A stretch of 64,000 nucleotides of DNA, taken from NCBI GenBank assembly GCA_963702425.1, contig CAVPCQ010000029.1, positions 1 to 64,000 on the forward strand, read 5' to 3'. Under the pieces are notes generated by a model. The model was given only the letters and a program-made list of their open reading frames with translations. It made no database searches and was not told where the DNA came from. Made by a program: the position numbers and the translations under genes. Positions 23,480 through 33,224 of the stretch are shown piece by piece (position 1 is the first letter of the stretch; each line of letters opens with the position of its first letter). This DNA comes from an uncultured Acidobacteriota bacterium (lineage in GTDB: Bacteria; Acidobacteriota; Polarisedimenticolia; J045).

Positions 23480-24427
23480 CGGGGAATCCCGTGCCGGAAC
23501 GGGTCGCGCGGATCCAGCACGAGCGTCGCCTCGGCGGTCACGAACGCCGCGCCGCGGATCGTCGGGACGATCGCCCCGTCGACGATCTCGACGCTCCCGG
23601 TGAAGACGCTGCCGACGACGCTCTCCTGGCGCCACGACTGGCCTGGGGCCAGCTTCCCGTCGGCGACCAGGCAGGCCAGCTTGGCGCTCGTCCCCGTGCC
23701 GCAGGGCGAGCGGTCGTAGGCCATTCCCGGGCAGAGCACGAAGTTCCGGCTGTCGGCGCGCTCGGAGGGGCCGAACAGCTCGACGTGATCGATCTCGGCG
23801 CCGCCCCTCGCCGGTGATCCCCGCGCGCACCAGCGCCTCGCGGATCCGGGTCGCGCAGTCGGTCAGCCTGGGAGCGTTCGCGAGCGCGATCGTCTGCCCG
23901 TGCTCGGACACGAGGAAGAACCAGTTGCCGCCCCAGGCAACGTCGCCCGTCATCTTCCCGTAGCCGGCGACCTCGACCGCCACGCCGCGCCGGAAGCGGT
24001 AGCTGGGAACGTTGCGCACCGAGACCGTCCCGTCGCCGTGCAGCTCCGCCGTCACCGTCCCGACCGGGGTCTCGATCGCGCATCGGCCCGGCCCGATCCG
24101 GCCCAGATGCGCGAGCGTCACGACCAGCCCGATCGCCCCGTGGCCGCACATCCCGAGGTAGCCGACGTTGTTGAAGAAGACGACGCCGGCCGCGCACGAC
24201 GGATCGACCGGCTCGACGACGAGCGCCCCGACCAGGACGTCCGACCCGCGCGGCTCGTTGACGACCGCCGAGCGCAGCCAGTCGTGCTCGCGGCGCAGGA
24301 TCTCGCGGCACTCGGCGAGCGGAACGCGCGGCAGGTCCGGGCCGCCGGAGACGACGACGCGCGTCGGCTCGCCGCCGGTGTGCGAGTCGATGACCCGGAG
24401 CGCGCGCGGCCCTTCGGGCACGATCAA
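23476..24427 (-). CDS. 4-hydroxyproline 2-epimerase (proline racemase family), +1 frameshift in a homopolymer at 23804-23807
   Basis: [15 protein letters not shown] and DRSPCGTG (both catalytic Cys), GGNWF; the halves join if one base of GGGG is removed ([15 protein letters not shown]). Confidence 0.9.
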
Positions 24428-25602
24428 TCTCCCGCGCCCGGCGTGCCCAGCGCGCCCGCCAGGCCCTTGACCCGCGCCAGCTCGAGGTACAGCGCCTCGG
24501 TCTGTCGCAGCTGCTCGTCCGCGCTGAACGCCCCGGCGCGCACGCGCGCCGCCTCGGCCATCGCGTCCAGCCGGGCCCGGTCACCCAGCACCGTCAGCAG
24601 CGCCTCGCCCAGCAGGTCCGGCCGGCGCGGCGGCACCAGGATCCCCGCCCCGGAGTCGCCCAGCGCCTCGCGGTTGCCGCCGACGTCGGTGACGACCTGC
24701 GGGAGGCCCGCAGCCATCGCCTCGAGCAGCACGTTGCTGAACCCTTCACGGTGCGAGGCCATGACGTGCAGCGTCGCCAGGTGGTAGAGGTCGCGCACAT
24801 CCTCGCGCATCCCGGTGACGAACAGGTCCTGCGCGAGGCCCAGCGCGGCCGCGCGCTCGTGCAGCGCGGCCGCCGCCGGCCCGTCGCCGACCCACGCCAG
24901 CGCCGCGCGGGGGTGGACGGCGCGCACCCGCGCGAACGCCTCCAGCAGGTCCTCGGGTCCTTTCTGCGCGTGGATCCGCGCGACTGTCATCAGGACCGGT
25001 TCCCGTCCCGCGAGCCCCAGTTCGGCGAGCAGCCGGGCGCGCACCGCCGGCGCCGGCGGCTCGCGGAAGCGGTCGACGTGCACGCCGTTGTAGATCACCC
25101 GGCCGTTGTCGAGCGGCGGGGTGAAGGTCGCCAGGTAGTCGTCGTGGACCGCGCGGCTGACGTGCAGCGTGACGTCGCGCCGCGGCGACCAGCGCCGCTC
25201 CGCGCGGATCTGCGCGCCGGTGAACGCCTCGCCCACGTTGTGGAAGTTGGCGATCCGCACCGGCACGCCCGCCATCGCCCCGGCGCGCGCCGCGTAGAGC
25301 GACGGGACCAGCGTGTGCCCGTGCACGATGTCCGGCCGGAATGCCTTCATGAAGCGCGACAGCTTGAACGCCGACCAGAGCGTCGCCAGGTGGCCGTGGC
25401 AGCGCACGACCGTCACCGGGACGCCGCGCTCCTCGAGCAGTGTGGCGACGGTCCCGGCGCGGCGGATCGAAACCACGCGGACCTCGAAGCGCGCCCGGTC
25501 GAGCCGCGGCAGCAGGTCGAGCAGGCGCATCTCGATCCCGCCGGTGTCGAGCCGGCTGACGACGCGCAGCACGCGCAGCCGTCGGGGCGCGGGGGCGGTC
25601 AC
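24424..25602 (-). CDS. family 4 (GT-B) glycosyltransferase
   Basis: [38 protein letters not shown]. Confidence 0.92.
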   Translation of the reverse strand: MTAPAPRRLRVLRVVSRLDTGGIEMRLLDLLPRLDRARFEVRVVSIRRAGTVATLLEERGVPVTVVRCHGHLATLWSAFKLSRFMKAFRPDIVHGHTLVPSLYAARAGAMAGVPVRIANFHNVGEAFTGAQIRAERRWSPRRDVTLHVSRAVHDDYLATFTPPLDNGRVIYNGVHVDRFREPPAPAVRARLLAELGLAGREPVLMTVARIHAQKGPEDLLEAFARVRAVHPRAALAWVGDGPAAAALHERAAALGLAQDLFVTGMREDVRDLYHLATLHVMASHREGFSNVLLEAMAAGLPQVVTDVGGNREALGDSGAGILVPPRRPDLLGEALLTVLGDRARLDAMAEAARVRAGAFSADEQLRQTEALYLELARVKGLAGALGTPGAGD

Positions 25603-25716
25603 GGCCGGTCCTGTGCGGTCACGGGAGTCGATTCTAGCGGCTCTTCCCGGCTCCTCGTCACGGATCCCGGCCCCCCGCTATCATGACCCCGGCAAGAGCC
25701 AGGCCAGGAGCCCCCG

Positions 25717-26553
25717 ATGACGCTTCGCAGGCCGATCCCCCCCGGTCGCACCGAAGAGAGCCTCCGGCGGCAGTACGAAGTCGAGCGCGCGCTCGCCGAC
25801 CGGCTGCGCGCCGCCGGCCGGGACGACCGCTCGCGGCTCTACGCCACGATGTACGACGAGCTGTTCCGCGCCGTCCCCGATCACCCCCGACTCACCGCGG
25901 CGGAGGAGCCGGAGCGGCTGGCCGCGAAGAACCGGGACAAGCTCTCGCTGGTCGAGCCCTGGCTGCGGCCCGACGCCGTCTTCGTCGAGTTTGCTCCCGG
26001 CGACTGCTCGTTCGCGACGCTCGTCGCGGGCCGGGTCGGGAAGGTGTACGCGATCGACATCTCCGACCAGCGGCCCGCGGGCGCGCCCCGGCCGGCGAAC
26101 CTCGAGCTGGTCATCTACGACGGCTACCGCCTGGCGATCCCGCCGGGAACGGCGGACCTCGTATTCAGCGACCAGTTCCTCGAGCACCTGCACCCCGAGG
26201 ACGTGGGCGAGCACCTGCGGCTGGCCCACGCGCTGCTCCACCCCGGCGGGCTCTACGCCCTGAGGACGCCGCACCGCTTCTTCGGCCCGCACGACATCTC
26301 TCGTTACTTCGCCGACGAGCCGCACGGGTTCCATCTGAAGGAGTGGACGCACGCGGAGATGGCGGAGGCCCTGCGGGTGGCCGGTTTTGGCGCGATCCGG
26401 GGTGCCCGGCGGGTCCGCGGCCGGTACCGGTCCGTCCCCCTCAGGCCCCTCGTGGTCGCCGAGCGGCTTCTCGGAACGCTGAAGGGGCGCCTCCGGCAGC
26501 GGCTGAGCCGGCCGTTCCTCGCCCGGAACCTGGCGCTGCTCGCGACGCGCTGA
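25717..26553 (+). CDS. class I SAM-dependent methyltransferase
   Basis: VEFAPGDC motif I variant, AIDIS, DLVFS..FLEHL, LHPGG; RBS AGGAG. Confidence 0.85.
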   Translation: MTLRRPIPPGRTEESLRRQYEVERALADRLRAAGRDDRSRLYATMYDELFRAVPDHPRLTAAEEPERLAAKNRDKLSLVEPWLRPDAVFVEFAPGDCSFATLVAGRVGKVYAIDISDQRPAGAPRPANLELVIYDGYRLAIPPGTADLVFSDQFLEHLHPEDVGEHLRLAHALLHPGGLYALRTPHRFFGPHDISRYFADEPHGFHLKEWTHAEMAEALRVAGFGAIRGARRVRGRYRSVPLRPLVVAERLLGTLKGRLRQRLSRPFLARNLALLATR

Positions 26554-26673
26554 GTTCTCCGGTGGAGCTCCGGCCTCGCCCGACCGCTTCGCGTCCAGCG
26601 CGCAGCCGCTCTCCGAGCGACGGTCTGCCCACCCCTCGCGTGCACGGTGACCTCCCGCGCTTGAACTAGTTCG

Positions 26674-27751
26674 ATGCGAGTCGGCGAGCAGCCGGGCTGG
26701 ATCGCTACTGGGCTGGCCGCGCTGGCGATTGCGGTTGCATCGGCGTGGCTCGCGGGCGGTCCCGCGCTCCGCACCCGCGCGCAGCGCCTCGCGCTGCCCG
26801 CCGCAGCGCTCGCCCCGGCCGGCGTGGCGCTCGCAGCCCTGCTCCCCGCCACGCCGCGTCGTCCGGGAACCGCCGCCGCGATGCCCGCCGGCGCGCCGAC
26901 CGCCGCCCCGAAGTCCGCGACCGTAGAGATACCGCCTTCGGCAAAATCAACGCCCCGGCGGTGATCGAGAACGACTCGCGCGACGTGGACCTCTACATCG
27001 CGCGCTACGACGAGGAGATCGCCTTCACCGATGCCGAGATCGGACGTCTGCTCGACGCGGTCGACCGCCTCGGCCTGCGCGACGACACGCTGGTCATCCT
27101 CACGGCCGACCACGGCGAGAGCATGGCCGAGCACCTGATCTTCTTCACCCACGGGAAGGCGCCGTACGACACCGCGCTGCGCATCCCCCTGATCGTCCGC
27201 TACCCGAAGGCGATCACCGGGCCGCGCGTGGTCGAGACCGTGGTCGAGACGACCGACCTGGCGCCGACGATCTTGGAGGCGGTCGGCGTGTCGCGGTCGC
27301 CGACCTACGAGGGACAGAGCCTCTGGCCGCTCCTGCTGGGCGAGAGCGGCGCGCCCGCCTCGCGCACCGTCTTCGCCGAGGAAGGTCCCACCGTCGACTT
27401 GCTCTCGCTCGTCGTCAGCGACGAGCGGCACAAGCTGATCTTCAACCCGCGCGGAGCCGCGCTGCCCGGCAGCGCGTTCCGTCCGCAATCGCTGCTCACC
27501 CGGAAGGGCCTGCAGCGGCCCTGTTGGGCCGCGCACGAGGGTCCGGGGGCGAACGAGGCGTGGGAGTTGTACGACCTCGTGGCCGACCCGGGCGAGACCA
27601 GGAACCCGTTCCTGGACCGGCCCGACCTGGTGGCCGCCCTCGAGCCGCCGCTCGCGCGCTGGGAGGCGTCCGCGCCCCCAAGCGGCTCGGGCTCGAGGAC
27701 ATCTCGGTCGATCAGCTCGAGCAGCTCGAGGAACTCGGGTACGTGAAGTAG
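26674..27751 (+). pseudogene. sulfatase-family remnant with membrane anchor and C-terminal half only
   Basis: YDEEIAFTDAEIG, VILTADHGE, LRIPLIV, DLAPTIL, ELYDLVADPGE and a terminal LEELGYV in another frame; the N-terminal catalytic half is absent. Confidence 0.7.
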
Positions 27752-27763
27752 CGCGCGGCCCCG

Positions 27764-29824
27764 TCAGCAGCAGCGCGGGCCCCCCGCCGAGCGCGGCACG
27801 TCGCCCCACGCCGCCGGGGCCGCGGCGCCGCCGGTCCAGGGCGCCGGCGGGTCCGGCTCCAGCGCCAGGTGGCCGCGCAGGATCCGGTGCCACTGTCGCA
27901 CCGCCGACAGGACGACCGTCGCAACCAGCGCCAGGAAGACCAACGCCAGGAACGCATCGAGCCGGGCATTGAAGACCTGGATCCCCTTCGTCGCCTCGTC
28001 CACCGGGAGCGCGCCGCTCGCCATCGCGCTGGCCTTGGCGAGGAACCCGATTCGCGGGTCGGGGTGGAAGACGTACTCGATCCCGGCGGTCATCGTCACC
28101 GACAGCAGCCAGGCTAGCGGGATCCCGGTGACCCAGGCGTACCGCTTCTTTCCCGTCCGCAGCAGGATCGTCGTGGCGATCGTCAGCGCGGTGGCGGCGA
28201 GCAGCTGGTTGGCGATCCCGAACAGCGGCCACAGCGCGCGGATTCCCCCGTGCGGGTCGATCACCCCGGCGATCACGAAGTAGCCCCACGCGGAGACGAA
28301 CAGGGAGCTGGTGATCACGTTCGGGCCCCACCCCGTCCCGGCCAGCTTCGGCGCGACCCGCAGCAGCGCGTCCTGCAGGATGTAGCGCCCGACGCGCGTG
28401 CCCGCATCGAGCGTGGTCAGAATGAACAGCGCCTCGAACATGATCGCGAAGTGGTACCAGAGCGCGGCCAGCGCCTCGCCGCCGAGGAACCGGTGGAAGA
28501 TCTCGGCCATCCCCACCGCCAGGCACGGCGCGCCGCCGGTGCGGGCCTGGACCGTCTTCTCGCCGACCCGCTCGGCGAGCTGCTGCATCTGCTCGGCCGT
28601 GACCGGGAACCCCTGCTGGGTGATCCACTCAAGCGGCTTGGCGGTGTTGATCGCGAAGTACTCGCCCGGCGGGAGCGAGGCGGCGGCGATCATCGCCATG
28701 ATCGCGACGAAGCTTTCCAGCAACATCGCGCCGTAGCCGATGAAGCGCGCGTCGGTTTCGTGCTCGAGCAGCTTGGGCGTCGTGCCGGACGCGATCAGCG
28801 AGTGGAAGCCCGAGATCGCGCCGCAGGCGATCGTGATGAAGCAGAACGGGAAGATCGTCCCGCCGAAGATCGGTCCCGAGCCGTCGGCGAAGCGGGTCAG
28901 GGCGGGGAGGTGCAGCTCGGGCCGTACCGCGAGGATCCCGATCGCCAGCAGGAAGACGGTCCCCAGCTTGACGAAGGTCGAGAGGTAGTCGCGCGGCGCG
29001 AGCAGCAGCCAGACCGGCAGGATCGAGGCCGCCAGGCCGTAGGCGATCACGAGCCAGGCCAGCGGCAGGCGCGCCAGCGTGAAGGCCGGCCCGAGCGTCG
29101 GATGGACCGAGACCCAGTGCCCGCCCCACAGCGCGGCGAGCAGGAAGACCAGCCCGATCGAGGTCGCGATCCAGACCTCGCGCCCGTGGCCGCCGCGCAT
29201 GATCAGCCCCATCCCCATCGCGATCGGGATCGTCATCCCGACGGTGAAGAGGCCCCACGGGCTCTCGGCCAGCGCGTTGACCACGACCAGCCCGAGCACC
29301 GCGATCAGGATGATCATGATCAGCAGGATCCCGATCGTCCCGGCGATCGCGCCCCACGGGCCGAGGTAGTCGCTGGCCAGCTTGGCCAGCGAGCGCCCGT
29401 CGCGGCGCGTGCTCATCACGAGCACGACGAAGTCCTGCACCGCGCCCCCGAGGACGCCGCCGATCAGGATCCAGATCGTCCCCGGCAGGTAGCCGAACTG
29501 CGCGGCGAGGATCGGGCCGATCAGCGGGCCCGGCCCCGCGATCGCCGCGAAATGGTGGCCGAAGACGACCCACCGGTTGGTCGGCACGAAGTCGTGGCCG
29601 TCGTCGTGGCGCACCGCCGGTGTGACGTTGGTGTCGCTGAGCCGCAGCACGCGGAAGGCGATGAAGTGCGAGTAGAAGCGGTACGCGATCGCGTAGGTGC
29701 AGACCGCGGCGATGACGACGTAGGCGGCGGAGATCGGCTCGTCGCGCGCGAGAGCGACCGTCGCGAAAGCGGCCGCGCCGGCCAGCGCGACCGCGACCCA
29801 GACCAGCCAGCGAAAGGGCGCCAT
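27764..29824 (-). CDS. cstA: carbon starvation protein A (peptide/pyruvate transporter)
   Basis: FGHHFAAIAGPGP, LLAPRDYLS, ITIACGAISGFH, RTGGAP, LTTLDAGTR, LWPLFGIANQ. Confidence 0.95.
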   Translation of the reverse strand: MAPFRWLVWVAVALAGAAAFATVALARDEPISAAYVVIAAVCTYAIAYRFYSHFIAFRVLRLSDTNVTPAVRHDDGHDFVPTNRWVVFGHHFAAIAGPGPLIGPILAAQFGYLPGTIWILIGGVLGGAVQDFVVLVMSTRRDGRSLAKLASDYLGPWGAIAGTIGILLIMIILIAVLGLVVVNALAESPWGLFTVGMTIPIAMGMGLIMRGGHGREVWIATSIGLVFLLAALWGGHWVSVHPTLGPAFTLARLPLAWLVIAYGLAASILPVWLLLAPRDYLSTFVKLGTVFLLAIGILAVRPELHLPALTRFADGSGPIFGGTIFPFCFITIACGAISGFHSLIASGTTPKLLEHETDARFIGYGAMLLESFVAIMAMIAAASLPPGEYFAINTAKPLEWITQQGFPVTAEQMQQLAERVGEKTVQARTGGAPCLAVGMAEIFHRFLGGEALAALWYHFAIMFEALFILTTLDAGTRVGRYILQDALLRVAPKLAGTGWGPNVITSSLFVSAWGYFVIAGVIDPHGGIRALWPLFGIANQLLAATALTIATTILLRTGKKRYAWVTGIPLAWLLSVTMTAGIEYVFHPDPRIGFLAKASAMASGALPVDEATKGIQVFNARLDAFLALVFLALVATVVLSAVRQWHRILRGHLALEPDPPAPWTGGAAAPAAWGDVPRSAGGPRCC

Positions 29825-29923
29825 GGCGGGGAAATGTACACCAGCGCGTGGTCGTGCGGGGCGCCGCGCCGGGTGGCCGCGCGGTAGCGCCCCGCGCCGC
29901 CGGCGGGCGGGTAGAATGCCGCC

Positions 29924-30739
29924 GTGCCGATCGAGGAACCCAACGCAGTCGTGCTGCACCGCGAGGACCTCTCTCCCGTCCTGATGATCCTCCGCGTCGC
30001 GCCGCGCGGCTGGGAGCTGCCCGACTTCCTCCCCGGGCAGTACGGCACGATCGGACTACCCCCCCTGGCGCCACGCCTGCCCGGCTGCGATCCCGAGCCG
30101 GAGCCGCCGCCGCCGGACAAGCTGATCAAGCGTGCCTACTCGGTCGCCTCGTCGTCGGTCGCGAAGGAGTACCTCGAGCTCTACATCTCGCTCGTGACCT
30201 CCGGCACGCTGACGCCGCGCCTCTGGATGCTCGCGTCGGGCTCGCCGATCTGGCTCGCGCCGCGGATCGTCGGGACCTTCACGCTGCGGGAGGTCCCCGC
30301 GGACAGGAACCTCGTCCTGATCGCGACCGGGACCGGGCTCGCGCCGTACGTCTCGATGCTGCGCACCGAACTCGGCGTGCGGGCCGGAGCCCGCTTCGCG
30401 GTCCTGCACGGGGCCCGGCACTCCTGGGATCTCGGCTACCGGTCCGAGCTGCTGACGATGCAGCGGCTGTCGAAGAACCTGGCCTACATCCCGGCGATCT
30501 CGGCCCCGGACGCCGAGCCGGTCCCGTGGGCGGGGCACAGTGGCTACGTCCAGCACCTCTGGGAGCGCGGCCTCGTCGCCGAGGCGTGGGGCGCGGAGCC
30601 GCGGCCGGAGGACACCCACGTCTTCGTTTGCGGCAACCCGAAGATGATCGAGACGATCCTCCCGATTCTCGCCGCGCAGGGCTTCCGGGAGCACACGAAG
30701 AAGGCGCCCGGAGAGGTCCACACCGAAAAGTACTGGTAA
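29924..30739 (+). CDS. fpr: ferredoxin--NADP+ reductase (bacterial Fpr type)
   Basis: PGQY, RAYS, ATGTGLAPY, CGNPKM, terminal EKYW. Confidence 0.9.
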   Translation: MPIEEPNAVVLHREDLSPVLMILRVAPRGWELPDFLPGQYGTIGLPPLAPRLPGCDPEPEPPPPDKLIKRAYSVASSSVAKEYLELYISLVTSGTLTPRLWMLASGSPIWLAPRIVGTFTLREVPADRNLVLIATGTGLAPYVSMLRTELGVRAGARFAVLHGARHSWDLGYRSELLTMQRLSKNLAYIPAISAPDAEPVPWAGHSGYVQHLWERGLVAEAWGAEPRPEDTHVFVCGNPKMIETILPILAAQGFREHTKKAPGEVHTEKYW

Positions 30740-30874
30740 GTCGCAGCGCCGGCAGCCGCTGGCCGAATCGCCGGAGCCCGCTACAATCCGCCGCAGGACA
30801 CCCGCCGGACCGAGTCGGACTGGACCGCGGCGCCGTCCGCGGTACGTTCAGCAGCCGAGAGAGGACCTGCCCGC

Positions 30875-31876
30875 GTGAGCCAGCCGTCCCACTACGCCGC
30901 CGCCTCCGTCGACCTGCGCCGCGCCCTGGCGAAGGCGATCCCGCAGGACGCGCTGCGCGAGCTGCACCGAACCAGCCCGGCAGCGCACCTGGCGGTCTTC
31001 GGCTGGCAGCTCCTGCTGATCGCGGTCTGCATGACCGGGGCCGCACGGCTCGACGCGTGGTGGCAGTGGCTGCCGTTCTCGATCGTGCTCGGCTTCACCT
31101 TCTTCAACTTCACGGTGATGCTGCACGAGGTCGTGCACGACGCGGTCTTCACGAAGAAGCAGACGCGCGCCAACTCGCTGCTGGGGCTGGTCTACGCGTT
31201 TCCTTCGGGTATCTCGCGCACCCAGTTCACGAAGTGGCACCTGGATCACCACGCCCAGCTCGGCGACGGCGAGGCCGACCCGAAGCGCCACCACCTCTCG
31301 CCGAAGCGCAACGCGCGCTGGTACAAGCTGCTCTACATGACGCCGGCGCTGTTCTTCATCTACTTCCGCGCCGCGGCGCGCGAGACGGCGACCTACCCGC
31401 CGGAGCTGCAGAAGACGATCCGGATCGAGCGCACCGTGACGATCCTCGGCCAGCTCGGGATCCTGCTCGCGATCGGCGTCTTCGCCGGCTGGTGGATCGC
31501 GTTCAAGGTCTACATGGTGCCGTACTTCGTCGTCTTCCCGGTGGCGTTCACGCTCAACCGCCTCGGCCAGCACTACAACATCGACCCGGCCGACCCCGCG
31601 AAGTGGTCGACCCTGATCAGGCCGTCGCGCTTCTGGGACGTGGCCTATCTCTGGTCGGCCTATCACCTCGAGCACCACTACTTCCCGCGCGTGCCGTTCT
31701 ACCGCCTGCGCCGGCTGCACCTGATGCTGCGGCCGTTCTACCGGGAAATCGGCCTCCAGCCGGTGACCTACCGGGCCCTGGTCTGGAACTGGTTCGTCCT
31801 GAACCGCCCGCCCCACACCAACTGGTCGGTCCCGGACCTGGACCAGGCCGGGATCGCGCACCAGTCGGCGCACTAG
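30875..31876 (+). CDS. membrane fatty acid desaturase family protein
   Basis: Three His boxes HEVVH, HLDHH, HLEHH with hydrophobic helices. Confidence 0.9.
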   Translation: MSQPSHYAAASVDLRRALAKAIPQDALRELHRTSPAAHLAVFGWQLLLIAVCMTGAARLDAWWQWLPFSIVLGFTFFNFTVMLHEVVHDAVFTKKQTRANSLLGLVYAFPSGISRTQFTKWHLDHHAQLGDGEADPKRHHLSPKRNARWYKLLYMTPALFFIYFRAAARETATYPPELQKTIRIERTVTILGQLGILLAIGVFAGWWIAFKVYMVPYFVVFPVAFTLNRLGQHYNIDPADPAKWSTLIRPSRFWDVAYLWSAYHLEHHYFPRVPFYRLRRLHLMLRPFYREIGLQPVTYRALVWNWFVLNRPPHTNWSVPDLDQAGIAHQSAH

Positions 31877-32039
31877 TGTCCCGATTCCGTCTTGGGTTGA
31901 CAACCAAGGCCGCCGAAGCGCCCGCGGGGCAAGGCGCGAGGACGCCGGCGTACTCCCGCCGTACGCCAAGGACGAGCAACGCCGCCCTGCGGGATGCAGC
32001 GGCGGCCGACTGTCAAGCCAAGAGGAGTCGGGACACTAG
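31873..32039. mobile_element. MITE-like non-autonomous element, 167 bp
   Basis: Left end CTAGTGTCCCGATTCCGTCTTGGGTTGACA matches the reverse complement of the right end CTAGTGTCCCGACTCCTCTTGGCTTGACA; CTAG at both ends; no transposase. Confidence 0.8.
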
Positions 32040-32070
32040 CGGTATCCTTCCCCCCGGAAGGGGGTATCCG

Positions 32071-32397
32071 ATGAGACGAGCCGTTCTTGGAACCACCGTG
32101 CTGCTCGGCACGGTGGCTCTGCTCGCGTCCTGCGAGCCGATCCGCCCGCCAGGGCACGCCATCACGCCGCTCGGCCGCGAAGTCCTGGCGGCCGACAACC
32201 GCATCCCGAAGGAATTCGGGCGCGTCTTCGGCGCCTCGACGTCCGACTCCTACCCCGGCTGGAGCCAACTCTACTTCGAGGACGACGCGGGCATCATCCG
32301 GATCGTGTTCGTGTCCTTCACCGACCGGGCGCTCGAACCGAAGGTCCTGACGATCCCGCGCGGCGACGAGCCGGCGCGGCCGGAGAACCCGCGATGA
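32071..32397 (+). CDS. small lipoprotein (108 aa)
   Basis: MRRAVLGTTVLLGTVALLASC lipobox; visible in the track only as the tail of the 849-aa shadow ORF. Confidence 0.75.
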   Translation: MRRAVLGTTVLLGTVALLASCEPIRPPGHAITPLGREVLAADNRIPKEFGRVFGASTSDSYPGWSQLYFEDDAGIIRIVFVSFTDRALEPKVLTIPRGDEPARPENPR

Positions 32398-32606
32398 ACC
32401 GCCGCCTCGGAAGCCTGCCCGGCGTCTTTACCGCGATCGGTGCGCTGGCCGCGATCGGTGCCGTCGCGCAGCGGATCGCGAACATGCGCAACCAGCGGAT
32501 CACCCTGCTGCCGTCGACGGAGCTGCTCTACGAGTGGGCGGTGCTGGCGCTGCTGTTCGCGGCGGTCGGGTTGCTCTGGCAGATCAGGGATCGGACCCAC
32601 CCCTAG
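32394..32606 (+). CDS. small two-helix membrane protein (70 aa)
   Basis: ATGA overlap with the lipoprotein; two hydrophobic segments. Confidence 0.7.
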   Translation: MNRRLGSLPGVFTAIGALAAIGAVAQRIANMRNQRITLLPSTELLYEWAVLALLFAAVGLLWQIRDRTHP

Positions 32607-32643
32607 AAGCGGGGACCGTTCGGCCCCGGCGCGCCCGGGGAGT

Positions 32644-32991
32644 TCAAGGGAGCACCCGCGGGTCGACCTCTTCGGCCCACCCGTAGATCCCTCCGCGCAG
32701 GTTGCGGACGTGGGCGAACCCCGCGCGCCGCAGGAAGTCCACCGCCCAGGCGCTGCGCTCCCCCACCTTGCAGTAAGCGACGATTTCGCGCGCGGGGTCG
32801 AGCTCCTCGAACCGGTCCGGCAACTCCGGCAGCGGCAGCAGGGCCGAGCCGGGGATCCGGGCGTAGGCGTGCTCCCAGGGTTGGCGCACGTCGAGGAGCA
32901 GGATCTCCTCGCCCCGGTCGAGGCGCACCTTCAGCTCGGCCGCGCCGATCTCGAAGGGGAGGTTCGTGGCGGGGGGCTGGGGATGGCTCAT
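32644..32991 (-). CDS. rhodanese-like domain protein
   Basis: LLDVRQPWE, IPGS, YCKVGERS active loop, NLRGGIYGW. Confidence 0.9.
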   Translation of the reverse strand: MSHPQPPATNLPFEIGAAELKVRLDRGEEILLLDVRQPWEHAYARIPGSALLPLPELPDRFEELDPAREIVAYCKVGERSAWAVDFLRRAGFAHVRNLRGGIYGWAEEVDPRVLP

Positions 32992-33004
32992 CGTCGGCTT
33001 CCGT

Positions 33005-33040
33005 CGGCTGCGGCTGCGGCTGCGGCTGCGGCTGCAGCCG
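33005..33040. repeat. (CGGCTG)5 microsatellite followed by one inverted copy
   Basis: Five perfect units at 33005-33034, then CAGCCG at 33035-33040. Confidence 0.9.
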
Positions 33041-33138
33041 CGGAAGCGGAGTATGCAGCCGCACCGCGGGCCGCGCCGGTCGCCGCCGGGCGGGGAACCG
33101 CGGCAGTCAGGGCGTCGCCGCGAGCGCCCCTCCGTGGT

Positions 33139-33167
33139 TTGACAAGGCTCTTCCCGGGGGCTCTAGT
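33139..33167 (+). promoter_or_regulatory. probable sigma70 promoter of nadA
   Basis: TTGACA-N17-TCTAGT about 57 nt upstream of the ATG. Confidence 0.5.
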
Positions 33168-33224
33168 ACCCGCTCCGGGCGCCGCCCCGGAGCGCGCCAT
33201 CCCGCGGCGCCGGGAGGTCCTCCG

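Noticed and set aside
22340-24427. 695-aa epimerase-oxidase fusion
   Set aside because: Caused by the homopolymer frameshift at ~23805; the epimerase C-terminus is intact in another frame with a GTGA-coupled downstream start.
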